Program-made: the position numbers and the translations under genes | Source: Thermoplasmatota archaeon | GTDB lineage: Archaea > Thermoplasmatota > Penumbrarchaeia > Penumbrarchaeales > Penumbrarchaeaceae | Assembly: GCA_965234725.1 (NCBI GenBank) | Contig: CBDDUX010000040.1 | Span: forward strand, 32,001 to 96,000 | DNA length: 64,000 nucleotides | Direction of reading: 5' to 3' | The notes under the pieces: generated by a model | Databases searched by the model: none | Seen by the model: only the letters and a program-made list of their open reading frames with translations | What the model was told of the DNA's origin: nothing | Part shown: positions 28,748 through 39,299 of the stretch, one piece after another | How the letters are laid out: each line of letters starts with the position of its first letter | Numbering within the stretch: position 1 is the stretch's first letter

Positions 28748-29187
28748 ATCAAATGCTCCTCAATGAATTCTCTACATAGTTCATCCACATCATTTCTTTC
28801 TTCTACAAGCACATCAACACTATGTGATCCGTAGTGTCCGTATGTTTTCAATCTCAGAGAATACATTTTTTTCTGGAATTCCACTGCATCCGTATCAGAA
28901 TAATGCAGATTTCTACCGTTTTTAATAAGGAAAAGTGTTGCCGAGATCAAAGCTGTTCTATGGTTTGCGTCAGGAAACGATTGGAGAAGAATGATATTCT
29001 TAAGATAATAAGAAGCAATATTGATGAGATCTCCATCTGGCGAATATCTTATCAAGCATTCTATGTTTGATTTGAGAATCGGATATTCGAATCTGCTTCC
29101 ATATTCAATCTGATCGTTTTCGAGAGACCTCTGATATATCTCCTCATTGATGTCGATGATCGTCTCCAATTCCAGTTTCTCAATCAT
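28744..29187 (-). CDS. Fic/Doc family protein with variant motif
   Basis: QSFPDANHRTA in place of HPFxDGNGR; FLIKNG follows; ATG 29187 is the likely start. Confidence 0.85.
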   Translation of the reverse strand: MIEKLELETIIDINEEIYQRSLENDQIEYGSRFEYPILKSNIECLIRYSPDGDLINIASYYLKNIILLQSFPDANHRTALISATLFLIKNGRNLHYSDTDAVEFQKKMYSLRLKTYGHYGSHSVDVLVEERNDVDELCREFIEEHLI

Positions 29188-29331
29188 CAATAGAAAAGGA
29201 GAATGTAGATAATAAAAGTGTGTCAATATAATTGAAGGGTCACATTTCCAAAATATTATATGCCAAACCGATCATAATGATATTGGAATTTGAGTTGAGA
29301 GTTCCAATTCGATCGTGCATGGTGATCAATA

Positions 29332-31443
29332 TTGGGAGATGTTAGAAGATCCGCATATAGAGAACCGGTCACACCCGAAGGTATTCGGGGAATCGAGAAC
29401 AGGACCCTTGAGAGGTTCGACGATGATATGTTCGCCAATCTCAATACCGGGGTCCTTGAACAGTATCTTGAGGACAGGAACCGGACGGAGTCGTTTGAAT
29501 TATCTCATTTCAACCTGAAAAAGGTCCTGTTGATGATCATTTTGGTAGGGCTACCGTTCACTTTGATCACCCAGTACGCGACCCTAAAAACCGGTGTAAT
29601 GCTCGGCGGGGCCTTCTATATTACTTACATCATCGGTCTGGGATTGAAATGGTCCCCCACTGAGATCAATATTTCAGCAGGAGCTGCAACAGCCGCTGAG
29701 AAGACGATTACAGGTTTCGTTTTCACTTTTCCTGCGATCTACATCCTTGCTAGTGCAGGATTCCTGGGCGATTATGAGATTGTAAGCGGTGGAAGTTTCT
29801 CTTCCTTTCCTATGATGATGTTGATAATCATCTGTTCAATAGTATCATCATTCCTTGGATTGATGTACATGGTGGTCCTGAGAAGATTATGGATCGTCGA
29901 GGACCCCCTTCCCACCCCTGGATTCCAGGCAACCGTAAAGTTACTGCACATATCAGATACAATTAGATTGGGTGGAACTTACGAATTGAAAGGAACATTT
30001 AAAAAGATCGGGTATTCCGTACTTGGAATGGTATTACTTGGTACAGTTACAGACCTTCCATTGATCAAGATAGGGAAATATGTCAAACCATTGATAGATG
30101 GACTTTTCCATTCTGTTAACCTTGGTAGATGGATCAATGATGGTATTATAAGGACCCCTCCAAGGGTATCGGTCCTTTCTCGACCTTCGTTTGAGATCTC
30201 CGGTCTTCTATTTGCAGTAGGCTGGTTCTTGAGAAAAAAAGGAGCTGCAGTGATACTTTTTGGATCACTACTCTCCTGGTTCGTTATGGTCCCATCAGCA
30301 GTGATCCTTGGTCTTCCCATCGAGGTCAACCCTATAGATGATTCAGGGCCAATGACCATTAGACTTAATGATCTAAGCTATAATGACTTCCCACTTTTTG
30401 GGTTAAATATCAACTCTTCTGTCTCCGAGGTAGCTTTTGGTAATTATATTCATCCAGTTGCAATTGGTGTGATCCTGGGAGCAGGATTGGTGGCAATATT
30501 CAAGGTACTTCCTGGATTGACCTCTATCCTTAGAAGGTCAAGAAAAACCGATTCAATGGGAGATCCAGGAATTGAAAGAAACGAAGAGAGATATGAAGTG
30601 CCGAAGAGATTCGTCATCCCGGCTGTCCTTGCTGCTTTCCTTACGATCATATTGACTTTCCCATTGTTTGGTGGATTTGATATCTTCAGCTCCGTCATAT
30701 TGGGTCTGGTCCTTATACCGATCACGATTTTTCTGAGTGCTGTTAGTGTTAAGATCATAGGAGAGATCGGTCTTTCTCCAACATCCATTATATCGATCCT
30801 CCTGGTATTCGTGCTCATTATTATCCTAAGGATGTTGTTATCACCTTCCGGTGATGAAAGATGGGATATTGTCCTAATGGTTCTCCTCTCAACAACAATA
30901 TTTCTCTGCACAATGGCCCTATCCGCTGATCTGATCCTTGATTTCAAGGCTGGATTGTATGCAGGAACAAGGCCCTATCATTTGATGAAAGGTCAAACAA
31001 TTGGGATCTTGTTGGGTATCTCATTTGCGGGTTTCTTTGCTTACCTTTTATCTGGACTCGTTATTAAGGGCCCCGGATTGGCCCCTCAAGCAAGGATGCT
31101 TGCCGATACCGTGGTCTGGGTAATTAGCGGAGAAATACCATGGAATCTATTGGGTTTGGGTTTATTCATTGGTATCTTTGTTGAACTTCTGACCGGATTG
31201 GGAACTGCATTTGCCATCGGTATGTTCGTCCCATTCCAAATCCCTCTTGGAATATTTATCGGAGCAGCGGGAAGGGACCTCTGGGAGAAGAAATGGTTGA
31301 TGAAAAAGGCCCGGACATTCAGATGGACCGATCGGGAGATTACGATAAAGACCCTGGATTCATACATGGTAATGGTCGGTCTGATCATCGGAGAGGCTCT
31401 TTTCGGGGCGGTCTCAGCAATTTTCCTGATATTGACAACCTGA
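29332..31443 (+). CDS. OPT/YSL family oligopeptide transporter
   Basis: YATLKTG, EINI, FVFTFPAI, LPTPGFQAT, DFKAGLYAGTRP, APQA, GLIIGEAL; many TMs. Confidence 0.88.
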   Translation: MGDVRRSAYREPVTPEGIRGIENRTLERFDDDMFANLNTGVLEQYLEDRNRTESFELSHFNLKKVLLMIILVGLPFTLITQYATLKTGVMLGGAFYITYIIGLGLKWSPTEINISAGAATAAEKTITGFVFTFPAIYILASAGFLGDYEIVSGGSFSSFPMMMLIIICSIVSSFLGLMYMVVLRRLWIVEDPLPTPGFQATVKLLHISDTIRLGGTYELKGTFKKIGYSVLGMVLLGTVTDLPLIKIGKYVKPLIDGLFHSVNLGRWINDGIIRTPPRVSVLSRPSFEISGLLFAVGWFLRKKGAAVILFGSLLSWFVMVPSAVILGLPIEVNPIDDSGPMTIRLNDLSYNDFPLFGLNINSSVSEVAFGNYIHPVAIGVILGAGLVAIFKVLPGLTSILRRSRKTDSMGDPGIERNEERYEVPKRFVIPAVLAAFLTIILTFPLFGGFDIFSSVILGLVLIPITIFLSAVSVKIIGEIGLSPTSIISILLVFVLIIILRMLLSPSGDERWDIVLMVLLSTTIFLCTMALSADLILDFKAGLYAGTRPYHLMKGQTIGILLGISFAGFFAYLLSGLVIKGPGLAPQARMLADTVVWVISGEIPWNLLGLGLFIGIFVELLTGLGTAFAIGMFVPFQIPLGIFIGAAGRDLWEKKWLMKKARTFRWTDREITIKTLDSYMVMVGLIIGEALFGAVSAIFLILTT

Positions 31444-31573
31444 AGGATCATATATACCATATTCGAAAGAGAACTTGGAAGGAAGATCCATGATTTTCAA
31501 GGCATTGGTTTGATTTTTATACCTTATATCATATTCAAAATGGGAATGATCGAGGAAGGATAACGGTGGTCCT

Positions 31574-32323
31574 GTGATATTGAGTGTAATCTCCTTGATA
31601 TTGGGTCTGGTCCTTGCAGGTATATCATATGGATTCGGGATCGCTCGATTGAGGAAATGGAAGGCAATGAGGGATACACCGACCAGAAAAATAGTAGATA
31701 TAGAGCCAGGAAGGGTCGAGGTGGAGGGGCGTCTTTCTCCTATTCCCGGAAGGCTCCTCAAAGGTCCTGTTTCGGGAAAACCATGCATCAGTTATGAGGT
31801 AAAGGTCCAGGAATATCATTCCAGTAAGAACGGGGGTCATTGGAGGACCATACACAAAGAGAGAGAAGGTGGTCCTTTCCTGTTGAAGGATGATTCCGGT
31901 ATGGTCGTTGTGGATCCCAAGGGTGGGAAGATGAGATCGGTCCTTTCACTTTTTCAAAGACAGGGGACATTCAGTGAACTGAATGATTCAGCCAGGACCT
32001 ATCTCGAATCAAGGAAGATCAGGAAAGAAGGCTTTTTTGGTATTTTCAACAGGACACTCAGGATCCAGGAGAGTATAGTTCCTGTGGACAAATATCTCTA
32101 TGTTCTCGGTGATGCCGTCGATATCGATATCCCGCGAGAGGTCAAGGATAACTACCTTGTCAATCCCTTCACGATCAAGAAACGTGATCTTATGGTCCTC
32201 TCATATAAAGAAGAGGAGAAGACCTCCAAGGACCTCTTAAGCGGATCTATTTTCTTGATCATTCTTGGAACATTGGCATTGATCGGGGGAATATATTTGA
32301 CCACTCTGTTCTGGGGAATCTGA
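31574..32323 (+). CDS. GIDE-domain membrane protein
   Basis: N- and C-terminal TMs; DTPT..VEVEG..GPVSGKPC..W..PFLLKDDSG.V.VDP..YVLG. Confidence 0.8.
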   Translation: MILSVISLILGLVLAGISYGFGIARLRKWKAMRDTPTRKIVDIEPGRVEVEGRLSPIPGRLLKGPVSGKPCISYEVKVQEYHSSKNGGHWRTIHKEREGGPFLLKDDSGMVVVDPKGGKMRSVLSLFQRQGTFSELNDSARTYLESRKIRKEGFFGIFNRTLRIQESIVPVDKYLYVLGDAVDIDIPREVKDNYLVNPFTIKKRDLMVLSYKEEEKTSKDLLSGSIFLIILGTLALIGGIYLTTLFWGI

Positions 32324-32536
32324 GATATGACCTTGGCATAAACACCGTTAATAACTTGAGAGTTCAGAAAGAAGAGGATTGATGAGTGGGATATAGATGA
32401 ACGATCCAAGAAATCATCTGACGTCCATATTCAATACAATCAATAGGAATATTGAACAGAAACATTAAAAAAATGTCCATTTCCGTCACGAAGCCTCGGG
32501 GGGGAGTTAACTGTAAGAGGAGAGATTATTGTCTCA

Positions 32537-33109
32537 ATGGTGATAAATATCAATACTCTGAGTTTGAAGGATCTCAGTAAAAAGGATGTTGTGAACTCCG
32601 ATGGGAACGTCATCGGGAGAATCGAGGGCGCAATAGTCACTAACCAGGGTAATGTAAATTTCCTTTCTGTGAAGTTGGAGAAGGATGTGGTCTCTGGTCT
32701 GAGGACCAAGCCTAACATACGACAGGACATAGAGATGAGGCAAATCGCAGGAATAATGGACAGAGTGGTGTTGAATCACCCACTGAACGGATTTGCAAAG
32801 TATTTCCGACAGCACAAAGAGAAACACGATGGGGAGCGGCTTATGGAGTTCACCGACACCAAAGAAGATTCCATTGGAACCGTCGAGGATCTGATGATCG
32901 AACAAGATTCATGGAAGGTTCCCGATATCCGCGAAAAGGTGAACACCAATGAAAAGGAAGCCTTGGAAATGAAATCTATAAAGCCCGGCGGCGATGAAAT
33001 CGCCATTTCTTTAAAAAGTATAAAAAATATCGGGGACATGGTTATGCTGAAAGTGACCTCCGATCACCTCAACGACATTTTGGAGTACCCTCTTCTAATA
33101 GGGGAATGA
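32537..33109 (+). CDS. tandem PRC-barrel protein
   Basis: LSKKDVVNSDGNVIGRI...IMDRVVL; second repeat IGTVEDLMIE...IKNIGDMVML. Confidence 0.75.
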   Translation: MVININTLSLKDLSKKDVVNSDGNVIGRIEGAIVTNQGNVNFLSVKLEKDVVSGLRTKPNIRQDIEMRQIAGIMDRVVLNHPLNGFAKYFRQHKEKHDGERLMEFTDTKEDSIGTVEDLMIEQDSWKVPDIREKVNTNEKEALEMKSIKPGGDEIAISLKSIKNIGDMVMLKVTSDHLNDILEYPLLIGE

Positions 33110-33378
33110 GAAGAACTTCGGCTTACAACACAACATCCCACCTTAAAACCAGTAATAGAGAGATATTTCCCCGTTCGCAATTGAAATCCCTCTCTATCCA
33201 TCCGAATAAAAAGGTGTTGGGGAGTAAATTAATATAATGATGGGATGGCAACCGCGGCTATGCGGTTATTCAAGGCAAAGAGATGATTTACGGGTTTTAA
33301 CTGAAAATCTGATTATTGCAATCCAGATAGCCGAGGATAAGAGATGTTACTAATAATTACTAAAATAATAGGATAGTA

Positions 33379-34311
33379 CTAAGACCGATTTTTTAAGAAC
33401 ACTGGCCCGGACAACAGTTTGTCGATCTCCTCGATAAGCCATTTCTCAACGTGGATGTGTTCCACATCAATGTTCGATCTGACCTCCTTGACTCCATCCA
33501 GCTTTTCCAACCATTGCGAGATCTCCTTAACCTCCGAGGCATTCGCGCAGTGAACGATGAAAAGCGAATACTCCTGAGGCGCCGTGTGGGTCGAGACGAT
33601 CCGTTTGATCTCGGACTGGAACTTTGCATCTATGGCTTTTTTCTTGTCTGCCTCACATACGATCCAGAAACGGGTCGAAACCCCACCACCCTTCCTCACA
33701 TCTAGCAGTGGATCAAGGTAGAACGCATTTCCCTCGACCAGTTTTATCATGTGTCTCTTGACGGTCCTGGTCGAAAGGTGAAGGTTTTGAGCGACATCCG
33801 AGAGTTTCCTTCTTGCGTTCATCCTCAGATCATGGATGATCCGCCAATCGGTCTTGGTGGGGGTCAACCTACAAGTTGGGAAACCGAGCCTCCATGAAAT
33901 TGGGGTCGGGCAACCACAGATGGAAGCGATCAGCTGGACCTGCCTTTTCAACCTATCTTCGTTCTCGAAGAGAATGTGGACCGCGATCTCGTTTCCATAG
34001 AAGTCTTCAATTAGCGTAACCCCCTCCATGAGGCTGAGACGGGAGATCACATCGCTTTTGGATTCCTGGTCCTTTACACATAGCTCTACTATAGAGGCTT
34101 TCCGACCAAGCAGAACTGGGTTGAGAATTAGCTGCCATCCCTGTAAGAATCCTACATCGTTCATGTGGTGGAGTCGTTTCCGTACGGTCTCTTCGTCCAT
34201 TGACAACCCTTTGGCCACTGTGCCAAGGGAGATCCGAACATCCCACTGGAACGAGTGGGGGGATGACATTATCTTGATTATATGTATATCAATGTCATCC
34301 GGTGTCCACAT
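33379..34311 (-). CDS. Lrp/AsnC-family regulator with duplicated HTH-RAM units
   Basis: DDIDIHII...VAKGLSMDEETVRKRL; second unit TDWRIIHDLRMNARRKLSDVAQNLHLSTRTVKRH. Confidence 0.85.
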   Translation of the reverse strand: MWTPDDIDIHIIKIMSSPHSFQWDVRISLGTVAKGLSMDEETVRKRLHHMNDVGFLQGWQLILNPVLLGRKASIVELCVKDQESKSDVISRLSLMEGVTLIEDFYGNEIAVHILFENEDRLKRQVQLIASICGCPTPISWRLGFPTCRLTPTKTDWRIIHDLRMNARRKLSDVAQNLHLSTRTVKRHMIKLVEGNAFYLDPLLDVRKGGGVSTRFWIVCEADKKKAIDAKFQSEIKRIVSTHTAPQEYSLFIVHCANASEVKEISQWLEKLDGVKEVRSNIDVEHIHVEKWLIEEIDKLLSGPVFLKNRS

Positions 34312-34865
34312 TTACCATCAACATTATTCAAATGGGACAGAATAGATATAAGTGTGTCCATAAATGTGGTGTAACTTAGGCGTGGAATTATACCGGAATG
34401 ATCCTTTATTGTTTTGGAATTGGTGTGATTCCATGCAAAAACCGAATACTATTATTGATTTTTCAACCCCTGAGACGGACAGGTCGAGGGAGATCTCGAA
34501 CCTGGGATCGATTAGCTTAGATTCTCTTGGTAAAAGTGACCTTGGGACCAGGACAATCCTGCTTTTCAGGTATCCTCAAAGGAGGACATTGGACCCGAAA
34601 TAATACTTTTATCGGATCCATATGGAGTGGGTCTAATATCAGTAATTATGATCGAACTCAATATCTTGTCGCTACAGTATGAGGTATCATTCGAAAGAGA
34701 TGATGGAGGGCATCGCCTTTAGGCAAAATATCTTCAGGTGACGATATTGACTATCGGTATTAAGCAGAATGGACTTGAAAATCAAAATCTGTCCATCGGT
34801 GCCATATAGGTTAGGATAGGATTTAACCGTGGTTTAGCTATATTATGATCTAAGGTGATAATAAC

Positions 34866-35060
34866 ATGTCAGAGATAATGACGTTCGTATGGTTGGTAGT
34901 ATTGTTTGTGATAATCGCATTCGTTGCAGGTTTCTTCGGATTTGGTCTTCTTGCCGGAATTGCGGGTCTCATAGCAAAGATATTGTTCTTTATCTTCCTG
35001 GTCGTATTGGTGATATGGGTTTTAAGATTCTTTTTAGGAGGACGCCATCATCGGTTTTAG
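34866..35060 (+). CDS. DUF1328 (YtjA-like) small membrane protein
   Basis: WLVVLFVIIAFVAGFFGFG..AGIA..IAKILFFIFLV; SD AAGGTGA. Confidence 0.85.
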   Translation: MSEIMTFVWLVVLFVIIAFVAGFFGFGLLAGIAGLIAKILFFIFLVVLVIWVLRFFLGGRHHRF

Positions 35061-35152
35061 ACAGATACGATCTACAGTTGATAATAAACCAACGATAGAT
35101 TACATCGGTAGAATGAATGGCAAGATCGAAGCTTGGCCATCTCTATAGAATA

Positions 35153-35184
35153 AAGATCGGCGTGTGGGATCACACGCCGATCTT
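35153..35184. terminator. perfect 14-bp hairpin downstream of the DUF1328 gene
   Basis: AAGATCGGCGTGTG-GGAT-CACACGCCGATCTT; no strong T-tract. Confidence 0.5.
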
Positions 35185-36064
35185 CAATAAGTTCGCAATA
35201 AGCATCGGCAAGGTAGTTCCAAAGACAGGCCAAATAGACCTATGTCTTTAATGAGGTTTGAAGAACGAATATGTATTCACCTTCTCTAATCTTTTTTTTT
35301 CGCTTCCAGTAACTGTTATCCACCATGATCAGTGGTATTATTTCATACCTGCAACATGTTAAAGATTACCCTCCATGAGGATAATTCAGAAAGTCCGCTT
35401 GTTTCAACTCCTGGAATATGGTAGGATAATGAATGACAATTCATGCCTTCATTTAAGATATTGAATAACCTGTTAAAACAAATACGCTCAATGGATCATC
35501 AAGAACAGAACATTAAGATGGTTGTTATTGTAGGTAATATATTCACGGTGCTAATTGAGATAAATGGGGTATCCACTTTACTCCTAAAAGTTTTATGATA
35601 TAATGGCATATAACGGCAGATATTATCTAAAATATATTGATATATAAATATCTTTGTAATTGCAGATTTCATGTGTCTTTGGGAGCTAAGTGGATACCCC
35701 AATAAAAAATATTGATTTTTTAATGAATGTGCTTATGGCAAGCTAAATTATAAAAATGAGAAATACATTTCTGTAGCGTGGAAGGATTCATTTTTCCTAT
35801 ATGTCAATATTTTTAATCCTCTCTTCCCAATCCACGGGACCTTTCCACCTGAGAGATCAAGACCCATGTCCGCATGTGTGTTTAAATCTTTCACCTTTGG
35901 AGATCTTCAAGGATGGCCCTTTATGATCCGAAAAACCCACCCTGCCGACTTTAGAATTCCGATAACAAATATACATGATTTTAAGAGGATCATACCAGAA
36001 ATGTTAGAAAATAAAGAAAAGAAGAAACATGGTCCTAAAAAAACCGTAGACTCGCCAAGAATAG

Positions 36065-36526
36065 ATAGCAGACCTATACAGGACTACTCAGCCGGTGATC
36101 AAGTATGAGTTGAACGACCTGGTGGAACCGGGAGGAACCAATTGTCCCTGCGGTTCATCTTTCAGGATAATAAGAAAGATCCATGGAAGGACGGATGATA
36201 TCTTTATTCTCAAGGGAAAAGGAGGGGAAAGGAAGTACCTCTTTCCTGACTATGTAAGAAGGGCAATGATCACCGCTTCGGACGATATTGAGGATTATCA
36301 GGTATTGCAACATGATACGAATACCATCGAGGTCAGGTTGGTAACGTCGCAAGGCTCCAATATAACTGGGATTAGGAAAAAGGTCCTTGAAAATCTGAAC
36401 ATGAGAGCAAGAAGGGTCGATGGTAACCTGGGCCATGTCACATTTTCAGATGAGCCTCCTTCCCGGAATCCGAGATCGGGGAAGATGATCCGAGTGGTCA
36501 GGATGTTCAAGGAGGATATCAAATGA
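36065..36526 (+). pseudogene. 5'-truncated phenylacetate-CoA ligase / F390-synthetase-like adenylate-forming enzyme
   Basis: IADLYRTTQPVIKYELNDL..CPCGS..IHGRTDD..SGKMIRV is only the C-terminal third; in-frame TAG at 36062. Confidence 0.75.
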
Positions 36527-37548
36527 AGATCATGGTCGTCTCCGATGAACCTCTTCTTGAAATGTTCATGGGTTTTCCAGAAAGTGTCTACAAGAACGAT
36601 GATGTCTGGTGTAAAGAGAATGGGGACCGGATCATAGGGATGAAAGCCTATTCGGAATCAAGAGGAGGTTTTTTTCAGTTGTACCTGGTCCTGGATGAGG
36701 GAGAGGTCCTTGCAAGAGCTAGTGGTTCCCTGGATCCAAAGGCTGTCATTGATGGGAAAATGATCGGATCCTTGGGTCATTTTGAGGCTTTGAAAGGACA
36801 GGAACTGGCCGTTTCCATATTGTTCTCCACGATCGAGAATGATCTCAGAAGGGAGGGCGCTTCCACCATCATAGCCCCCAGAAACGATATCATGACCCTT
36901 GGCCTCCAGATCTCCGGTTTCGGACTTCCTCAGACCTGGGGAACACCCCACAATCCAGATTATTACAGGGACTATTTTGAAAAAAATGGATATTCCAAGA
37001 AAGAGGACCTCATAACGTTCATCATGGAAGATGATACTCCGATGGAATCCTTCGATGATATCGGGGATATAAGGATCAGATCCATCAGGAAGAAGGAACC
37101 GGAAAGTGAAATAAAGATATTCAACCGGCTCAACAATGCCATATTCTCCTCTCATGAGAACTTCATCCCCAGGACCATTGAAGAAGATAAGATGATCATC
37201 GGGTCCATGCTTCCGCTTCTGGATGAGGACCTGGTCCTATTTGCTGAAGAGGAAAATGGAACACCGGTCGGACTCCTTGTCAGCATCCCCGATCACAATC
37301 AGAGGTTGAAAGAGGAGAAGATCACCAGGGCCAGGCTGATAACTATTGGCGTATTACCCGGACATACAAGGAAAGGTATAGGAAAGATGATGGGAAAACG
37401 GTTGAAGGAAAACCTATTGAAAAAGGGTTACAGGGAGCTTGAGGGGTCCTGGGTCCTTGAATCGAACCTGGCTCCAATGAAAGGCGCGGAGTCCATTGGT
37501 GCATCCGTTGGAAGGATCTTCAGATTGTATTCAAAGGACCTGGATTGA
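36523..37548 (+). CDS. GNAT-family N-acetyltransferase (YghO-like)
   Basis: GHFEA, PHNPDYY, PDHNQ, IGVLPGHTRKGIG, SWVLESN. Confidence 0.82.
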   Translation: MKIMVVSDEPLLEMFMGFPESVYKNDDVWCKENGDRIIGMKAYSESRGGFFQLYLVLDEGEVLARASGSLDPKAVIDGKMIGSLGHFEALKGQELAVSILFSTIENDLRREGASTIIAPRNDIMTLGLQISGFGLPQTWGTPHNPDYYRDYFEKNGYSKKEDLITFIMEDDTPMESFDDIGDIRIRSIRKKEPESEIKIFNRLNNAIFSSHENFIPRTIEEDKMIIGSMLPLLDEDLVLFAEEENGTPVGLLVSIPDHNQRLKEEKITRARLITIGVLPGHTRKGIGKMMGKRLKENLLKKGYRELEGSWVLESNLAPMKGAESIGASVGRIFRLYSKDLD

Positions 37549-37705
37549 TGACTGAAATTCAGCCCGATAATTTTACAAATGAAGACACTTCCCTTTTTCC
37601 TTCAAAGACAGTATCGGTGCATAAATTCCCGTTGCACCTTCACTAATTATCGGCAGTAGATGTGGTCCATATTCATGGATCTTGGAATCAGGATCATTTG
37701 GCGGC

Positions 37706-38131
37706 CTATACTCCCATATGTTTTTCGATATGCTGTTCCAGGACCCTCATGGGAACGGCTCCGGTCACCCTTTCCACCAGTTCCATGTTCTTGATGAAAA
37801 GAATTGTAGGTATCGACATGACCTTGAAAGTTTGGGCCGTCTTTGAATTCTCATCGATATTCAACTTACCAAACACTACCTTCCCCTGATATTTTCCGGC
37901 AAGGTTCTCAATTATCGGTGTGAGCATTTTACAGGGAGAACACCAGGGTGCCCAGAGATCGATGACCAGATTGGGATATCGGGAAACCATCTGCCTGAAA
38001 TTATCATCGGTCACAATGACAGGTCTTCCAGGCCAACCCTTTTTCTCATCGATCGTCTTTAATTCCTCATTCAACTTCTCTGCCCTCTTCTTGCGAAGAG
38101 CGATGAGTTCAGGATCTTCCTCGTTTTCCAT
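37706..38131 (-). CDS. trxA: thioredoxin
   Basis: DLWAPWCSPCK, MSIPT; SD GAGGTGA. Confidence 0.93.
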   Translation of the reverse strand: MENEEDPELIALRKKRAEKLNEELKTIDEKKGWPGRPVIVTDDNFRQMVSRYPNLVIDLWAPWCSPCKMLTPIIENLAGKYQGKVVFGKLNIDENSKTAQTFKVMSIPTILFIKNMELVERVTGAVPMRVLEQHIEKHMGV

Positions 38132-38204
38132 TAAGTCACCTCGCTTCCAATAAGGGAAGGTGGGATTTACTTTGACGTTGAAATGTTAGCCCCCTGATCC
38201 TCTA

Positions 38205-38273
38205 TTATGTGGAATGGCAGTAGTGCAAATAATGCTGATCATCAAAACATCTGCACTACGTTATACCACATAA
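38205..38273. repeat. long imperfect inverted repeat in the trxA/arcC divergent spacer
   Basis: TTATGTGG/CCACATAA and GTAGTGCA/TGCACTAC arms. Confidence 0.65.
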
Positions 38274-38351
38274 CCTCTGTTAGCATACCTCTGGCTTCAA
38301 TTATTTATATCTCCTCCTACCATCAGGACCTTCCTCGAAGGAAGACCATAG

Positions 38352-39299
38352 ATGAATTACAAGAGAAGGTCCGTTGTTATCGCTCTCGGAGGCAATGCGA
38401 TAACACGAAAAGGAGAAGCAGACACCATTGCCAATCAGTTCAGGCATACCAGGGAATCCCTTCCTCCTATCACGAAGATGGCAGCACAGGGATACAAGAT
38501 GGTTATCACCCATGGTAACGGGCCGCAGGTTGGAAACGCTCTTTTAAGGGTTGAAATGGCAAGAAGTGTGGCTCCGGACCTTCCACTTGGAGTCCTTGTT
38601 GCAGACACTGAAGGAGGGATAGGATACATGATCGAACAATCCCTTCAGAACGGCCTCCACAAGCTTGGGATCCAAAGGGACGTAGTGACCTTGGTCACCC
38701 AAACAGTGGTTGACAGGGACGATCCATCGGTGAAGGACCCCAACAAGTTCGTTGGTCAGTTCTATGAAGAGGATAGAGCAAAGGAACTGGCTGAAAAGAA
38801 CGGCTGGGTCGTCAAAGAGGATAAGGGAAGGGGTTGGAGGAGGGTCGTTCCTTCGCCGATCCCTAAGAAGATAGTCAATTCGAGGGTGATCAAGAAGCTG
38901 ATGAACGATGGTATAATCGTTATTGCAGCTGGAGGAGGGGGGTCACCGGTATACCACGAGGATGATGGAACCCTTGAAGGTATCGACGCTGTAATAGACA
39001 AGGACAGAGCATCGGCAGTCCTTGGGACAGAGATCGGAGCACATACTTTCCTGATCCTCACCGAGGTAGATGGTGTCTATCTTGATTTCGGCACTCCTTC
39101 CCAAAGAAAGCTAACCATGTTATCCCGAGAAGATGCCATGAGATATCTGGAAGAGGGACAGTTTCCCAAAGGTTCCATGGGCCCCAAGATAGAAGCCGCA
39201 ATACAATTCCTGCAAGGCGGTGGAAAGAAGGTGATCATATCCTCGATTGAAGAAGGTCATCTTGCCATAGAAGGAAAGGCCGGGACCACCATCATTTGA
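38352..39299 (+). CDS. arcC: carbamate kinase
   Basis: ALGGNA, THGNGPQVG, WRRVVPSP, AVIDKD, GSMGPK. Confidence 0.95.
   Translation: MNYKRRSVVIALGGNAITRKGEADTIANQFRHTRESLPPITKMAAQGYKMVITHGNGPQVGNALLRVEMARSVAPDLPLGVLVADTEGGIGYMIEQSLQNGLHKLGIQRDVVTLVTQTVVDRDDPSVKDPNKFVGQFYEEDRAKELAEKNGWVVKEDKGRGWRRVVPSPIPKKIVNSRVIKKLMNDGIIVIAAGGGGSPVYHEDDGTLEGIDAVIDKDRASAVLGTEIGAHTFLILTEVDGVYLDFGTPSQRKLTMLSREDAMRYLEEGQFPKGSMGPKIEAAIQFLQGGGKKVIISSIEEGHLAIEGKAGTTII

Noticed and set aside
31574..32323. GIDE domain as evidence of a ubiquitin system
   Set aside because: No RING domain and no ubiquitin, E1 or E2 genes nearby; prokaryotic GIDE proteins are known.
34364..34810. Short ORFs divergent from the Lrp regulator
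   Set aside because: No recognisable homology; they may be gene debris but cannot be supported.
35400..36060. AT-rich stretch as replication origin or ncRNA
   Set aside because: No ORB-like repeats, no adjacent cdc6/orc1 and no convincing structure.
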